Part shown: piece by piece, positions 1-14,600 of the stretch | How the letters are laid out: each line of letters starts with the position of its first letter | Position numbering within the stretch: the stretch's first letter is position 1 | Assembly (NCBI RefSeq): GCF_000281045.1 | Contig: NW_008246069.1 | Location: forward strand, 630,437-694,436 | Source: Saprolegnia diclina VS20 | Taxonomy: Eukaryota | Direction: 5' to 3' | Length of the DNA: 64,000 bases | Translations under genes and position numbers: made by a program | The notes under the pieces: model-generated | Databases searched by the model: none | Told to the model about the DNA's origin: nothing | What the model saw: only the letters and a program-made list of their open reading frames with translations

Positions 1-1693
1 CGCGTGGCGGCAGAGGAGGCGCTGGCCCGCCTCCGGCTCGCGCTCGTTGCAGCCCATCATGAGGTCGAGGATCGGGCTGCCGTTGGCGCCGACGAGGCGG
101 AACGCCTGCTTCTTGCCCGGAATCGTCACCTTGGACGTCTCCTGCGAGAGCTTGATGCGCGCTTGGCCGCCGATCTCGACGAGCTTGTAGACCATGCCGA
201 GCGCCGGCTGCGCCTGGCACGTCACGAGGTGCGTGCCGATGCCAAACGAGTCGATCTCGTGGCCCTGCTTGCGCCATGAGACATGTGAGAACCGAGTCTT
301 CAAGTGTACCTGGTCGTTGAGCGAGTTGAGGACGGCTTCGTTGATGTCGTTGGACGCGACAATGTTAAAGTTAGCAAAGTCCGGGAGATTGAACTTGGCG
401 GCCGCGGCCTTGAAGTGGCGACGCGCCTCCTTGGAGAGGTACGCAAGGTCGCCCGAATCGAGGCGGATGCCTTGCGCCTACGACACATTTGTTAGTTGAT
501 CGGTAGTTAGTCGGCCACGAGACGCACCTTGTAGCCAAGATCGTGGAGGGCGAGGGCGACGGCCAAAAAGTTGGGCACGCCCGACGAAAGCGTCTCGTAC
601 GTGTCGACGAGCGCCAAGAAGGCCTGCGGGAACGCGAGCGCATACGAGATGAAGGCCGCAAGCTCGCCCTATATAGGCCCATGAGCTGCTTGGTCGCACA
701 AAGCGCAAGGACGTACGTCGTTGGTGTTGTCGGCATTGAGCTTAGCGCGGTACTGGAGCGTGAGCGCCTTGAAGTCGACGCCGTTGAGCATCGTTTGCTA
801 CGATAGGCGTCAGTCAAGTAGCGAGATGGAGGGCGGGCTACCTTGACGTCGTCGAGCGAGCGGTGCGCCTGCACGAACGCGTGCGCGTGCGTGCCCTTGA
901 TCGGGATGCCAAAGAGCTTGCCGGCGAGGACGTTGCTCGTGCCGTGGAAGCCCGCCATGTATGAGTAGCGCGACGCCGAGATGCCGCCGTCCGGGCCCTG
1001 CGCGCGGCGCAAGCCAAACTCGAGGAGCGTCTTGTCTTTGCCAGCCGCCTTGATGAAGCGCGCGGCGTTCGTCGCGATCAAACTGGCATAGTTGAGGAGG
1101 TTGAGGAGGCCCGTTTCGAGGAGCTGCGTGATGCCGAGATGGCCCTCAATACGCAGAACAGGGATACGCGGGAACGCAATAGTGCCTTCCTTCAAGGCGT
1201 AGATCTACCCGGCGTCATAAGAGTGCTGCTTCTGCACGCCTGAGGCAATACCTTGACGTTGGAGCAGTCGAGCGAGAGGAGCCAGTCAAAGAAGCCAGCC
1301 TCCGTGCCTTGCGGCATGACGTCGCGCAGGTACGCCACATCCGACTCGGTAAACTTAAACGCGTTGAGGAAGAAGAGCACCTATGCACGGTCCATGAGAC
1401 GAGGTCGCTCAGTATGGCGAATGACGCTACCTCTTCGAGGCCAGCAAAGACCGTGAACTCGCCCTTGAACGGGTTCTTGCGGAAGAAGAGGTCGAACGTC
1501 GCGTCTTCCGTGTGACGGCCGACCTTCCAGTAGGCGTACGCCCTACACGCATTTGTACCGCGTTAGCCTTCGTATTTCGGTGCTTTACAGGCGGCGCCAC
1601 GTACATGGTGATCTGGTAGAGGTCCGTGAGGAGCGGCGTCACGAGTGCGTTCGTGGGCTTGGCGCCAGCGTAGGTGGACTCGGGGATGCTCAT
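1..1693 (-). CDS. NAPRT: Nicotinate phosphoribosyltransferase, multi-exon; C-terminus runs off the window start
   Basis: Spliced fragments [73 protein letters not shown] at 1693; several short GT-AG introns, e.g. 798-841. Confidence 0.93.
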
Positions 1694-2666
1694 GCTGCTG
1701 GGCTGGCGAATTGGCAAATGCCCCCCTTCGATCACCTCGTTATGGACGGCCAATCAGCGACAGTAATGAAAAGCACTTGGCGTTTGTATGGCTGCTGGAT
1801 TTCGGCGGCGACGCACATTTCCACCAATCAAGAGCGAGTGCATACAAACTCGAAGAGAGTCGCCAACGACCATACGGTGGGACAACCCAAGACGCCGCTC
1901 AAATAGTGTGTGCCTTGATGACACATCATCCCCGGAGCTCCTTCGTCGTGGCACGACGGCGGCTGCGCGAGGATCGGCACCATGAGTGCGACTAAGCTGC
2001 ACCAATGACACTACGATCTGTGATTCGATCGACAGTGAAAAGAAGTTGCTTGTCCACGTGATCCTCGACTACCGGCAAGCAGGCGACAGATGGAAACATC
2101 ACTCTCTCGCTAGGCTGTAGTAGACACGGGTCCTTGCGACCGCCACCCATGTTCCCATTCAAATTCAAATGCCATCGAAGAACCTGGTTGTACGACTGTG
2201 TCGGTAGAAGGGAGGAGTGCGATGGATGTCCCGACGTCCTCGTGTACCGGTACTAGGACAAGCATCCGTGCACTGTCGACTAATTTCTAAAATCAGACGC
2301 GTCGATTTTAGGTGCAATGACAGGCGACCGCAAGCTGCCAGAGGACTCAGCTGCATAGAACTGGTCCTGACGATGGACGCGCAGGTGTCTCGTCTTGGCC
2401 GACGCGACGCACGCACGGTGCGCGGGGCGCCATTTTTCACCCAAGTCGCACACTATTTGCTGGGTGGAAATGTGACAAATGGCCTTTTTCACACCGTTCA
2501 AGCAGCACGTGGTTCAAACAACCTCGGCGCGATCATTCTGCTCAGCGGGTCGTCCATGCAGCCAGAGCTACGAGCGCCACGATAGACTGCTAGTACAAGT
2601 AGCTAATCGTGCGATTATAGCTTTCACAGAGAAATATATATCTTGATCAACACGGACATGGCTACA

Positions 2667-5600
2667 CTACTCGCCGAGGAAGAGCGCGACGCCACTTATG
2701 ATCCACTTGGCCGGGTCGCCCGAAATGGGCAGCGAGATTTCGACAAGCATGCGTTCGCGCGAGATCTCATAATAGAGCGGCACTTTGATGCACGCGTCCT
2801 TGGCGTACGGCTCGCGGTCGTCGTCGCGCGTGTAGGCAACGTAGCACGTGGGCACTGCGACGAGCTCCTGGGCATCCGACGACGGCTCTTGGAGCGACCC
2901 GCCTTCAAAGGAAGCGCCTTGGAGCAGCAAGCCGCCGAGCGCAAACCATTCAATGGACCCTACCCCGCAAACATGAGGCTTCTTGGAAAGAGCAAATGCT
3001 AAACCGGTCGCTTTCTCTTGTTCCCAGCACGAGACGAGCTTCATGCCGTCCATCGAGCACTGCAGCGTCCGCGCCGCCTGTTGCCGCAGGGCGTTCAAGA
3101 ACGTGCCGGGTTGCAGCACTTCCGAGAGGTCCAGTGGGCGCGACAGCAAGGAGCCTTTGGCGCAATCTTCCTTCCACTCGGCCAGCGCGCGCTTTCGGAG
3201 CGCGAGCGCGCGGAGCCAGACTTGCACGACGTCGCTGCTGCCTTCCCATCGGTTGCTCCAGTCGCTTGGCACAATACCAAGAAGCAACGACGCCGCAATC
3301 GTTTGAATCGTCGGCGTCAGCAAGCCCGTACCGTATATGACTTTCTTGATGCTCATGAGGCCGCTGTTGACGTACATGGCGAGCTCGGTCGCGGCCGCGT
3401 TCTCCATGGCCACAAAGGCTTCGACCGGCGACGCATTGGGCTTGGCGTCGACCTTCGCACTGCTCGCTTGGTCCAGATGCAAGCTCGATGTGAGTTTGGC
3501 CCAGTTCTCAATCAGCGGCCCGAGGACGACGCGCCACACATCCCGATCAAACTTGCTCGAGGCTTGGGCGCTGTTGTTGAGCGTGCGCAGCTGCGCAATC
3601 ACGGCCGATGACGCCGACCGCTGCACCGATCGCTCAATGTTATCTGGCAGCCCAAAGAGCTTGGGCGGGTCCGTCTCGGGCAAGTGCTCGATGAGCGCCA
3701 CGTAGTCGTCCCGCCGGTCGGACGCCGGGATCTTGACGCCTTTGCAGAGAGGACTTTTCCCAGCGACCACGTCAGGTGCAAAGTACATTTGAAGGTACAC
3801 GCGCAGAACACGAAGATCGTACGGGTTGTCGATGCGGCCGCCGTAGATAGCATTCTCCATGAGACCGTGGACCGCCGCCCAGTCCACCGCCGTTGCCGAA
3901 GCAGCGACGTCCAGCACGTTGAAGCCGGCGCGGAGGTCGCCAAAGCTAAACTCGTAGAACTTCGTCCACCCTTGGGGCAGGTACGTGCGTCGCTCTTGCA
4001 GCAGCGAGTGAAAGAACGCTAGGAGAAAGAGTAGCTGCATGCGCGGGACCGAGCTGCCAGTCTCGAGTGCAAACGTTGCGTACGTTCGCAGAAGGTTCTT
4101 CTTGAGGCCCGGCGGCGACTCGTAAGTGACCTTCAAGCTCTGCTCGAGTAAAATGAGCGGAAACCCATCGTGGGCCTCGGTCGTACACCAGAGCCGAAAC
4201 TTGCGGTGCGGGTTGAGTGCGTTTAGCTCCTTCTCCAAAACGACGAGCCATGCGACGACAAGGTGGAGGTTCTGGAGGCAGAGCCACTCGCCGTTCTCGG
4301 CTGTTGTGCGGAGCAGGCTCAGTGCCTTCTCTTGCTGCCCGCCACCCATGGCGACCTCGAAGTAGTGCTCACGACCGACCATCTCGGTCGCGACCTCCTC
4401 GAGCTCTTTGGACGGATCGGCGCCGGCGGTTGTGAGCAGCAAGACGGGCGTCGTGCTTGACGCCTCGTTAGTCGCAAGGTCCTTAAAGTCGAGTGGCGGC
4501 GGCGTCAGCGTCTTGACTTTGAGGATCGTGCAAATGAAGTTTTGGATCGCACTCTGCAGTCGATCGGGCCGAAGCGCCTGCACCAAGAGCACCTTCTGGA
4601 ACGGACTCAGGCTCTTGTCGACTTTGGCGTGAAAGCCAACTTCGCAGTCGGTGGCCTTGGACCAGCGCAGCCAAATGTCGTTGGCGTCCAACTTGAGGTT
4701 CGCGGCGAGGCGCGGAAACGTCTCCACAAAGAGCGTGTAGGCATCGCGGCGGTCGGTCGCGGCCCACTCGGGCAGCGGCGCTTCCTTCTTTGCGTCGGCC
4801 ATGAGGTCGCCGACAAAGTACTCCCACTCGTTGGGTTCAAACGCGTCCGGGTGCGTTCCGTGAATCAAATGCAAACCAAACATGGGCCGGTGCTCCTTAA
4901 AGAGGGACCGCCCCACAAACATGAGCACTTTGGTCTCGAGGACAGGCGAGAGCCGCGCAATGCGCTCCTTGATCGAGCTCACATCCATTTTCGAAGCCAG
5001 CGTCGCCTTGAAGAGCCCGATGAAGCTCAGGAGCGAGAAGCGGTACATGTGGCTCACGCTGTGCAGCGCCTTGACGAGGAAGAAGAGCCGCGCGCCGTCT
5101 TTTGCAAACGGCGCGTAGATCGCGCGCTGGTCGTCGAGCTCCTCGCTTTTCGTCGCCGACTTGCGCAGCGCATCTTCAATGTCCGCCGACGTTGCTTTTG
5201 TGCGCGTGAGGCTCTCGATCAACGTCGTGTTGTCGAGGATGTCGCCTTCGGACGTCGCCAGCGCTTGGAGCAGCTGCTTCTCGAGCGATGCGAGCTGCAC
5301 CTTGAACTCCTCTTCGTTCTTGAGGAGCTCGCTCTTCTGCGACTCGAGCTCCGGCTGCTCGTTCTGGATCGTCACCCCGAGCAATTGGCCTTCGAGCCCC
5401 GACTTTGTGACGGTGAAGTTGACAACGTTGACGATCGCCCGCGCGTCCGGCGGTAAGTCCGGGTCCGGGTTGCGTGTCACGAGCACGAGTCGAAAGTTGT
5501 CGTTGTAGTCGACGTCCTTGTCGCCAAGTCGGACAACGTACCGAGGTCCTTCGTGGTTCAGGTCTTTTCGAATGAGCGGGTACAGGTACGGCTCGACCAG

Positions 5601-8600
5601 GTCGACCTCGAGGATCGCGAGTGTCTTGCCAAACCGAACGGCTTGCTCGACGAGCGACACGAACCGCGGCTCTTGGGACTGCACGACCGAGAGGGGCCGC
5701 GTGGCGTCTTTGGCCAAGTGCGCTTGGAGCCAGCCCGTGGCAGCGTTAGCCGGGTCAATGATGAACGGACACCGCTCTTTCGTGTAGTGGACGATGAGCC
5801 CGTTCTCCATCGAGAGATTGTCCGCCGGCAAGCTCATGCTCTTCCATGTGAGCATCTCCGACTCGGAACTCAGCAGCTTGCGGTAGTCAAAGGCCGTCGT
5901 CGAGTCCATGGCTGCGTCCCAGCCTCTCGAAATCGTCGCGCGCTTGTCTTCAGAGCACTGGCCGAGAAACGTTGTGAAGCCAGACGCCATGAGGAGCTTG
6001 AGCGGCAGCTCGACAACGCGCTGCTCGAGGTCCTTGACTTGGGCCGACCACCGAGTTTGCTCGCCACCGAGTTTGCCGAGGAGCCCCTGGGCTTTCTGCA
6101 GCGTCGCTTCAGCCCGCTCCAAGCCGACGCGGAGGATTTCCGCCTCCTTGGTCTTTTCACCAAAGAGCGACTTCATCTCGTCCACTTTGACGTCAATGGC
6201 CTTGAGCTCGCCTTCGCACGACTGGAGGCGCTGCTGCGACGCTTCTAACGACCGCTTGGCTTCCGCGAGGTCGGCTTCGAGCGGCTCGATCTTGGCGAGG
6301 ACGACGCTGTACTTCATATTGGCCTTGACCCAGCCCGCGAGCGGCGCCGCGGCCACGCTCACGCGGTAGATGTTTTCGTGTTCGAAGGACGCCGCTTTCG
6401 CCTTGAGCAATTTTGTGACCGCCTTGGCAATCTCGGGCGTAATGCGGCGCGAGTCGTAGTTGGAGATATCGTCCTTGACGCCGCGGTTCCCAAGAAATTT
6501 CTTCATGCTGTTCCACGACGTGTCTTGGATGCCGAGGAGCATGAGCACGGCCGACAAGACGTCGTGGATGGGCTCGGGCGGCATCTTGAGCGACCGAATC
6601 TCGTTGATGTTGTCCGACTTGATGGCGCCGACAGCCTCCTTGGCCGACTGCAGCACGGGCGTGATCTCACTCAGCTCGTCTTCGATCTCGCGCTTCCGAG
6701 CGTTCGTCGACTCTTCAGCTTTGGCGAGTTGCTTCTTGAGGTCTTCGACCTCGCGCCGGTTGACAGACGCACGGTCCAAAGCGCGCTTGATCTCGTCCAT
6801 TGCCTCGTCGGCCGACACTTGCGCGGCGCCAAGCTCGCGCTTCTTGATGACAGCACTCTTGCTCAGCTCGTCGACGGTCGACGACGCTTCTTCGAGTTTG
6901 CTGAGCCCGCTCTTGAGGTGCGTCACGTCCAGAAGCAGCTGCTTGGACTTTTCAGTAAAGAGATCCGACCACGTGGTGAGGAGCGCAATGTACTCACGGG
7001 GCGTCGCCCCCAAGAGCTGCACCGAGCTATAGATGGTGTGGACCATATTCAACAGCTGGACTTTGGCCACTTGGTCGGTCAGAAGCTCCGAGCCCGAGAG
7101 GAGCATCTCGGGCACCTTCTTGAGACTCTGTTGGCTCCAGTCGCCCATCCAAGCAATCGTGCAGCGCGTGTACAGCGCCGGGTTGCTCTCGCAGCGCCGA
7201 ATGAACGCGTCGTTGCACGCGTCCATGCTCAAGACGAGGTGCAAATTGGCTTGGACGCGCGACACGAAGAACTCGTACACGGTCTTGTAGACGCCACTAG
7301 TGCACTCGAGCATCTTCTCCTTGAGCGGACCCAGCAGCGGCTCGAGCTCTTCGTGCGAGTAGAGCCCCGGGACCTCGCCCGCGCTCAGCAGCGAGTTGGT
7401 GAGCTCCAAAATCGCGTCTTCGCTGAAATGGTGGTCCTCCAAGTACAAGACGGCGTGGTCGCCGTCAATGCCGGCGCACTGGACAACGGCCTTGAGGTCG
7501 ATCTTGAAGGTCGCGGCGTTGTAGTGACGCGTGATCGTCGGCGTGAAGAACTTGTACCCGAGCATGTGCGCCAGCAACGTCGTGGCCGTTCGTCGCCCGA
7601 CGCCGGCCGAGCCAATGAGGAGGAGCGCGCCGCCGAGCTCCGAGAGCGCACGGTCCACGACCGCAATATGATCGAGGATTTCTTCAAACAAAAGCATGTG
7701 CAGATCCTTCTCTTCGCGCTCGTAGAGCACAATGCCTTGGGCGATCGCTGCTTGGAAGTCCTCGGACGCCATGCGCCGCAGCGGTACGATGAGCGCGTCT
7801 TCTACGCGCTTCGTTCCCAGCGACGTAAAGTAAACGTCTTGGAGCTTGGCATTATGGCGCCATTGGGTCTTGAGGATCGTGTGCATCGCCGAATCAAACT
7901 TGGCCTTGTTCTCACTATCGACGAGCCGGTCCTGGAAGAGCCGGCGGGCTTCGTACGCGACCACGTCCAGAAGCTCTTCGTGCTCGAGGTCGTAGCGAAG
8001 GAGCCCGAACGTCCACTGCGTCACGTCCCGGGGCGTAAAGAGGTAGTGCCGGTGGTCGTCGACGCTGAATTTTGACCGCACGCTTTCGTAGAGCTCGACC
8101 ATGGACGTCGCGAGTTTGTCGCGCGTCGAGGGTTCGCGCAGCATGGGCGCGTCGACGCCTTGCAGAAACGTCGAGTAGACCGCGCCGAGCTCGTCGCCGC
8201 TCGGGTAGTCCATCGAGGCGACGCGGACGACGGCCGTAAAGCGGGTCGAGAGCATGTGGCGCCCGACAGTGGTCGCTGCGTTCATCGACGCCACGATCTG
8301 GACGCGCTCGACGCCGAGGAACTCGAGGTTCGGGTCATAAAACCCCTGGAACGTGAGCAGCTGCTGGAGGAACGCGATGAGCATGCACGTGTCGTACATG
8401 TCGGGTTTTGGCAAGTTGATGTCTTTGAGGTACAACACGAGGCGGTCGCCGTCGCGCGGTCGGTAGACGCGCCCGCTATTGGTCGAGAAGAGCGAGCAGC
8501 ACTGCGCAATCTTGGCGATGACGTGATCGGCCGTCGTTTGCGCATTGCAGTGCAGCACCGAGAGCGTTGCACCCTTGAGCGACAGGAACGCTTGGCGAAT

Positions 8601-11600
8601 CAAGAGGTTCTTGCCACAGCCTTCGGGCCCGACGAGAATGAACGGCTCCATGCGCTCGACCCACGGCTTGACGACATCGAGCCCGCGCTGCATGGACATA
8701 GTTTGCACCACAGATTGACGCGAAATGGGCACGTCGCTGTCGCCGTACACGCTGCGCTTGGTCTCGTACGCGGTAAAGGACGACCCGACGCAGTAGCAGT
8801 CGAGCGGTGCGCTCATGTCTGGCGGTCGTTCGTTCGAGAAGAGAAACACCGCCTTCGCAAAGGTGGCGCGGTGACTCAGCGATAGATTGGCGCCGAGACC
8901 GCGGATGAGCGCGCACACAAACTCGGACCGGGTCGTCGCACCGGCCACGTGCGAAAGACCGTTCATGATGCTGCCAACTGTCGTTGTCGCGACGACTTTG
9001 TCGTACTTGGCGGCCTCGGCGAGCCCGAGGAGGAAGAGCTCGTCGATCCACTTGCCGAGATTCGTCGCGTCGGGTTGTTGCGCGAGCCACTTGGTCACGA
9101 GTCGCTTCATGTCCATGTCTTCGTCGCTGAGGAAGATCATGCCCATGCGCGAAATGGTCGCGGGCGACGCAAACCGGAGATCGTGCGTCTCGAACACAAA
9201 GTTGACGTTCGGACCAAAGTTGATGCGCTCGCCGTTTGGCAGCGTCAGTAGATGGTTGTCGTCCAAGACTGAGTTCAGCGACTCGATCCATTCCGGGTCC
9301 ACGTCGCCGTCACAGACGATCCACGATCGAACGTGCTCGGGCTCCTTCACGACCTTGCGGGCGGCGTCCGTGAGCACGCCGTCGTGCCACTCGCGCGTGT
9401 CCAAGTCCATGTGCCCGAGAAGGCGCTCGCGCGGCATCGACTTGGGGTTCATAATGTGCGTCTTGACGAGCTGGCCGCACTGGATCATAGCTTGCTGAAG
9501 GACTTGCCACACCGTGCTTTTGCCCGACCCGGACGGCCCCACGACGACGCAGCCCATGCGCTGGTCCAAACTCTCCTTGAGCTGGAGCATCTTGCGGATC
9601 TGGAGGTCGTCGACTTGGCAGCAAAAAGGCTTTTGGGCCATGACGACGCGAATCGCGGCTTCGAGGTCGCCACCGGCAATGTCGGAAGACGCAATGCCCG
9701 GAAAGACGTCGCCAATGAGCGCGAGGAAGCGCTGTGCGTCGCCAAACGTTAATTTTGAGAGCGTGTTGATGCGGACGGCCTTGATGAGGATCTCCGTCTC
9801 GGCAGCTGGCGAGAGACGCGTGCCCGCCGCCTTCTTCGCCAGCTGCAAGAGCTTGCCGCCCGTGTTGAGAACAGCTTTGAGAGCGCGTAGTCCCCAGTCG
9901 TAGTGCTGCTGTGGCGTCAAGAGCTGCCTTGAGAGCGTGTACAGCGACACGACTTTGGACGCAATGTCTTTGGCTTCCGCAAAGCCCTCGGACGCCAAAA
10001 TCACCTCGGCAATCAAGTTGTTGTCTGGCCGCCCCATCGCGACGGGGCGAAACAGAGCTTTCAAGTTGTCGGGCAGCTTGGACCGCCCTCCGTAGCCCTT
10101 GCCCGCAGGATTGAGCGTCACAAAGATGCCTGCGTTAAAGTCGACGTCCACGTGGCGACTCAGGAGCTGGATCGAGCGCACGTGGTTCTTGATCGCGTCC
10201 TGAATGAGTTGAATCTGCTGCGAAATCGCCGAGAGCTGGTCTTCCTTGAGTCGGTTGAACTCGTCGAAACAGCCCCACGCACCGCACTTGACGAGACCGA
10301 TGAAGATGCGCCCCATGCTCTGAAAGTCAATGCCTTCGTCGCAGTTGAAGACGAGCACTTGGCGGCCAAACTGCCCACCGAGCGCCTTGACACTCTCGGT
10401 CTTGCCCGTGCCTGCGGGCCCGTACGGGTTGCCGCCAAAGCCCATGTGCATGCCTTGGGTGAGTGTGAGGTAGCACTTGTCGGTGAGCGGCGTGTGCACG
10501 AGCTTGGGCGCGTTCCCTTGGTACTCGTACGTGTACGCGAACGACGCGTCGTGCATCTTGATGACAACTTTTCCACTTTTGTCGAGGTAAAACCGCAGCT
10601 GCTTTTGCCACAGCCAGTCCGAGAGGCTCGAGACGTGCGCCACTTGGTCGCAGATGTCAATGTGATGGACCAGGTCGAGCACAAGTGCCTTGACTTTGAG
10701 ATGCATGAGCGGCTCGTTGCTCAAATCCAAGGACGTCAGCTCGCGCAACGTCTCTTGTAATGTGTGCTTGAGGTCGGCGACAGTTCCGTTCTTGATGGCG
10801 GCTTCGCACTGTGTGTTGAAGCGCAGCTGCTCGGCAAGACAGAGCACTTGGCTTGGGTACTCGGCGTAGTCGGGCGACGACGCACTCGCTGCCTTGCTCA
10901 CAAGGACGGTGAGCGTCCGGCGCATCTCTTCCGTAAGCGCCTCGAGCCACTCTTCGACGGCACTCGTGACAGCAACGGGAGCGATAAGAGGCACCTTTTC
11001 GCCGGCGGCCGAGCACATGGCCGAGATGGCGTCCTGGCTGTCGCTGAACTCGACCCGGTGAATCCCTTGGTAGAGCTTCTTGAGGTGGCTCTGAATCACG
11101 GCCGGGTTTTGCGATTGGCCGAGGATCTCGAGGAGGTCTTCGTCGCCAATAAAGTAAAAGCGCGGGAAGCGCGACCGCTTCTCCTCCAAAAAGTCAGCAA
11201 GGGCTTTTTGGCAGCGCTCGAGCTGGTCGACCATGGTCGCGAGACGCTCGGGCAGCTGCGGAAAGAGCATGTCGTCGGCGAGGTTGAAGAGCTTCGGGTC
11301 GGTCTCAACCTGCCGCATAATGTCGCGGAACTCGTCGTCGACGCGCTTGAAGCGCGCTTGCTCGCTCGGCAGCGCGCCTTTCCCGAAGATGGGCTCGAGG
11401 TAGACCCACTTGCGCTGGATCACATTGAGCTGGCTCAAGCCTTGGTCGAGGAGCGCCATCTTGGTCTCGTACTGTGCCGCTTGGTCGGCGAAAGGCTTGA
11501 AGAATTGCGACTCTTTGAGCGAGGCCAGGAGCGACTGGTTGTCGCCGAGGGCCAGCGTCGTGTCCTTCCAGTCCTTGATGATACAAATGCGCTTCCCGTT

Positions 11601-14600
11601 CGGGTCGTGCTCGAGCAGTGAGAGCTCCGCGGTTTGCGTCCACGCCTTGAGCTCCTGGAGCGCGTCGCGGATTGTGACCTCGCCCTGCGCACGCGCGTGG
11701 AGCACCTTGACGAACTGCAGCGTGGCTTGGGCCTCGAGCACCTCGAGGCAGCCGAGAAAATGGCCGACGTTGAGCTGCATGAGGCTCACGCCTTTCGGAA
11801 TACCCAGCTTCCGGAAGAGCTGCGTCCAGTGCTCCTCCTTGAACGGGTCGCCGCGACAGAGCTTGAGCGTCGGCAGCGCGCGCTTGAGATGACCCGTGTG
11901 GTCCAGAATGCGCTCGACGACGCTCGTGCGCTCGACGGATTTCAGTGTCTCGGCCCACTTGGCGCCGAGATCGCCGAGATCAAAGATCTTTTCACGGAAC
12001 GTGATCCAGTCCTGACTCTCCAGCACGTCCAGCTCGGCGTGGTAGTCCTTGTAGAGCCGCCAGTTGGTCTCAACCTTGGTAATGTCGGCTTCGATGTTTC
12101 CGAGGCCGTCAAAGGTCGGAATGGTCATCTGGAACGTCGTGCAGTTGTCCACAAGACCTTTGGCCCGGCCCGAGATGTCGTTGAGCTGATCACGCCAATC
12201 GACGAGCGCCACGTAGATCTTTTCCACTTCGTCGTTTGCCCAGTTGGAGATCTCGACGGGCTTGAGCGCGAACCAGCGCTGGCCAAACTTGTCGATCTCG
12301 ACGTTGCACTCGATGACTTTGGCTTCGAGCTCGCCCTTCAAGCTCTCGCGCTGCTCTTCGATCATCTCGTTGAACGCTTCGAGCGCAATCTCGAAGTTTT
12401 CCCACTTGGATGGGACTTGGCTCAGGCGTGAGACGACGTCGGTCGTGTCAATGCTGCCGCCCGTCGTCGAGTTGAGGAGCAGCGTTTTCTTCTTCTCGGC
12501 CGTCGCCACGAGCGCCTGGAAGCTGCTGCGTTGGGCGTCGATGGTCTTCCAGTCCCCTTTGGCGGCGCCAATCTCGTCGATGCTGTGTGGTCGTTTGTTG
12601 AGCTTCTCCATCGACGTGTCAAGGTACTCTTCTACTTGCTTCAAGTGGGTCGTAATGCTCTTGCGGAGACTCTGAAGAAGGCTGTCTTGCAGCCGCGTGA
12701 GGTGGTCGTCAATACCGGCTTTCAACGGACTCAACGAGACGCTGACGCAGTCGACTTTGAGCAAATCGGGGATCTTATCACACTCTTTGCGTTTGAGTTT
12801 GAGCGCCTTGAGATTGCTGTCCCAGTCGCCCACGTCGACGAGGAGAGACTCGAGAACGCTGTCGAGGTCGGGCGACCGCGTGAGGCACGTCCACTCGTCG
12901 TACTCGAGAAGGACGGCTTCGAGCTTGGCGAAGAGCTTTTCGCCGTTGCGGTAGACGTGGACGATCCCCGCGGCGTTGTGGTCGGTCATGGGCGCGAAGA
13001 CGCCGGGGTTCGCAAACCCCTTGAAGATCGACGGGCGCCCAATGAACTTCTTCATCGCCTTGTAGTAGTTGGTGCGGACATCTTCGATCGGCGGCTTGAG
13101 CGCGAGTCGGCCCTTCGGTGGTAAAATCACGTCCACCTTGACGTCCGGGAGGTTTTCGTTGAGGCTCTCGAGACCGATCTGGTACGCGGCTTCGAGCACC
13201 TTGTACAGCTGGTGGTCCCAGTAGAGCTGCCAGCGCTTGGTCAACGACGCTTCGTACTTTCGAATCGTGCTCGTCAAGAACGCGCGGATCGCATCCAGTC
13301 GGTCTTTCCACTTGTCGGGGAACCGAAGCAAGTCGACGTCCATGAGCAAGACGAGGTCGTCGCCGATCTTGTCGTGGGCGCGCCGGAGCTTGCGGTTTTC
13401 GATCGAGAGCGCGTCCGCGGCTTGCTGGAGCATGCCAACGTACTCTTCGCACTCTTCCAAGTTGTTCCACGTCACATCAATGGCCTTGGGCTTGGACGTC
13501 TTGGTGGTGGCCGTCGAGAGCTTCCCGGGGCGCTTGACGATCCCCTCGAACGCCATGAGCGCGTCCAGGAGCATCGGCTTTTGCTCGTCGATGATCTGCG
13601 CCTCCATGTTGTTGTAGAAGTTGGCCACCTTCTTGAGCGTCACGCCGAATCGGTAGTACTTTTCGGCTTCGGTCGCGACCTCGAGGATCTTGGGGGGCAC
13701 CCACGGCTGGCCGTCGCTCAGCTCGACGAGCGTGCGCACGTCGCGAAGCAGCGTGACGAGGAACTCGCTGTAGTTGACCGTGAGGTTGCCGCTCTTGTCG
13801 ATCTCGATGAGCCGCCCCGTGAGCTTGAGGTCCGACGTCCGCAAGCTCTCAAGTACATCGTCTTGCCACGCCCGAACGTGTTCGGTGAGCATGCCCTTGA
13901 CCTTTGTCAGCACGGTCTCGGCCGCGGTTTGGAAGCCGCGAAAGCCCGGAAGGTCGCTGAGCACCGTCGTCGCCAGCGTCACGAGGTGCGAGACTCGGTT
14001 GCCGAGCATTTTGCCCCATACGATGTAGTTGACTTTGGCCGAGAGGTTCTTTCCGCTCGGCGCTTCGTCGGGTCCGCGCGTCTCAAAATCCGATTCGATC
14101 TGATCGAGTTGCGCAAGGAGCTGGCCGAGGAGGCTGTCGCGCTCGCTCGCGAGGAGCGAGGCGATCGCGGGGCGTGTGAGGAGGTGCTTGTACTGCTGGA
14201 GGTACCGAAGCGCCGTCGTGGGCTTGGAGAGCACGGACGAGAGCCGCTCTTGGAGGTTCGCGCCTACTTGGGCTTCGATGGGCGCCAGAATCGTCTCGAA
14301 CGCGGCGACGGCGGACTTCCACGCCCCCACCGTGTACGCGTTGTAGTGCAGCGGGTAGACGCGCTCGAACACATCAAAGGCCGTTGGCGGCAGCGGCTCG
14401 TTTGCGAGGGACAAGAGCTCTTCGTACGTCGTGCGAAGGCGCAGGATCTCGCGGAGTCGCGAACCGAGGGCCGGGAGAAAGGCTTCGGCAAGCGCTGGGC
14501 CGCGCCACGGGTGCTCGTCGTAGGACGGCCAGAAGGTCCCCGTGAGCTGCTCCACGTGGCCGCACCACTTTTCGCAAAGCGCCACCGACTGGGAAAGCGC

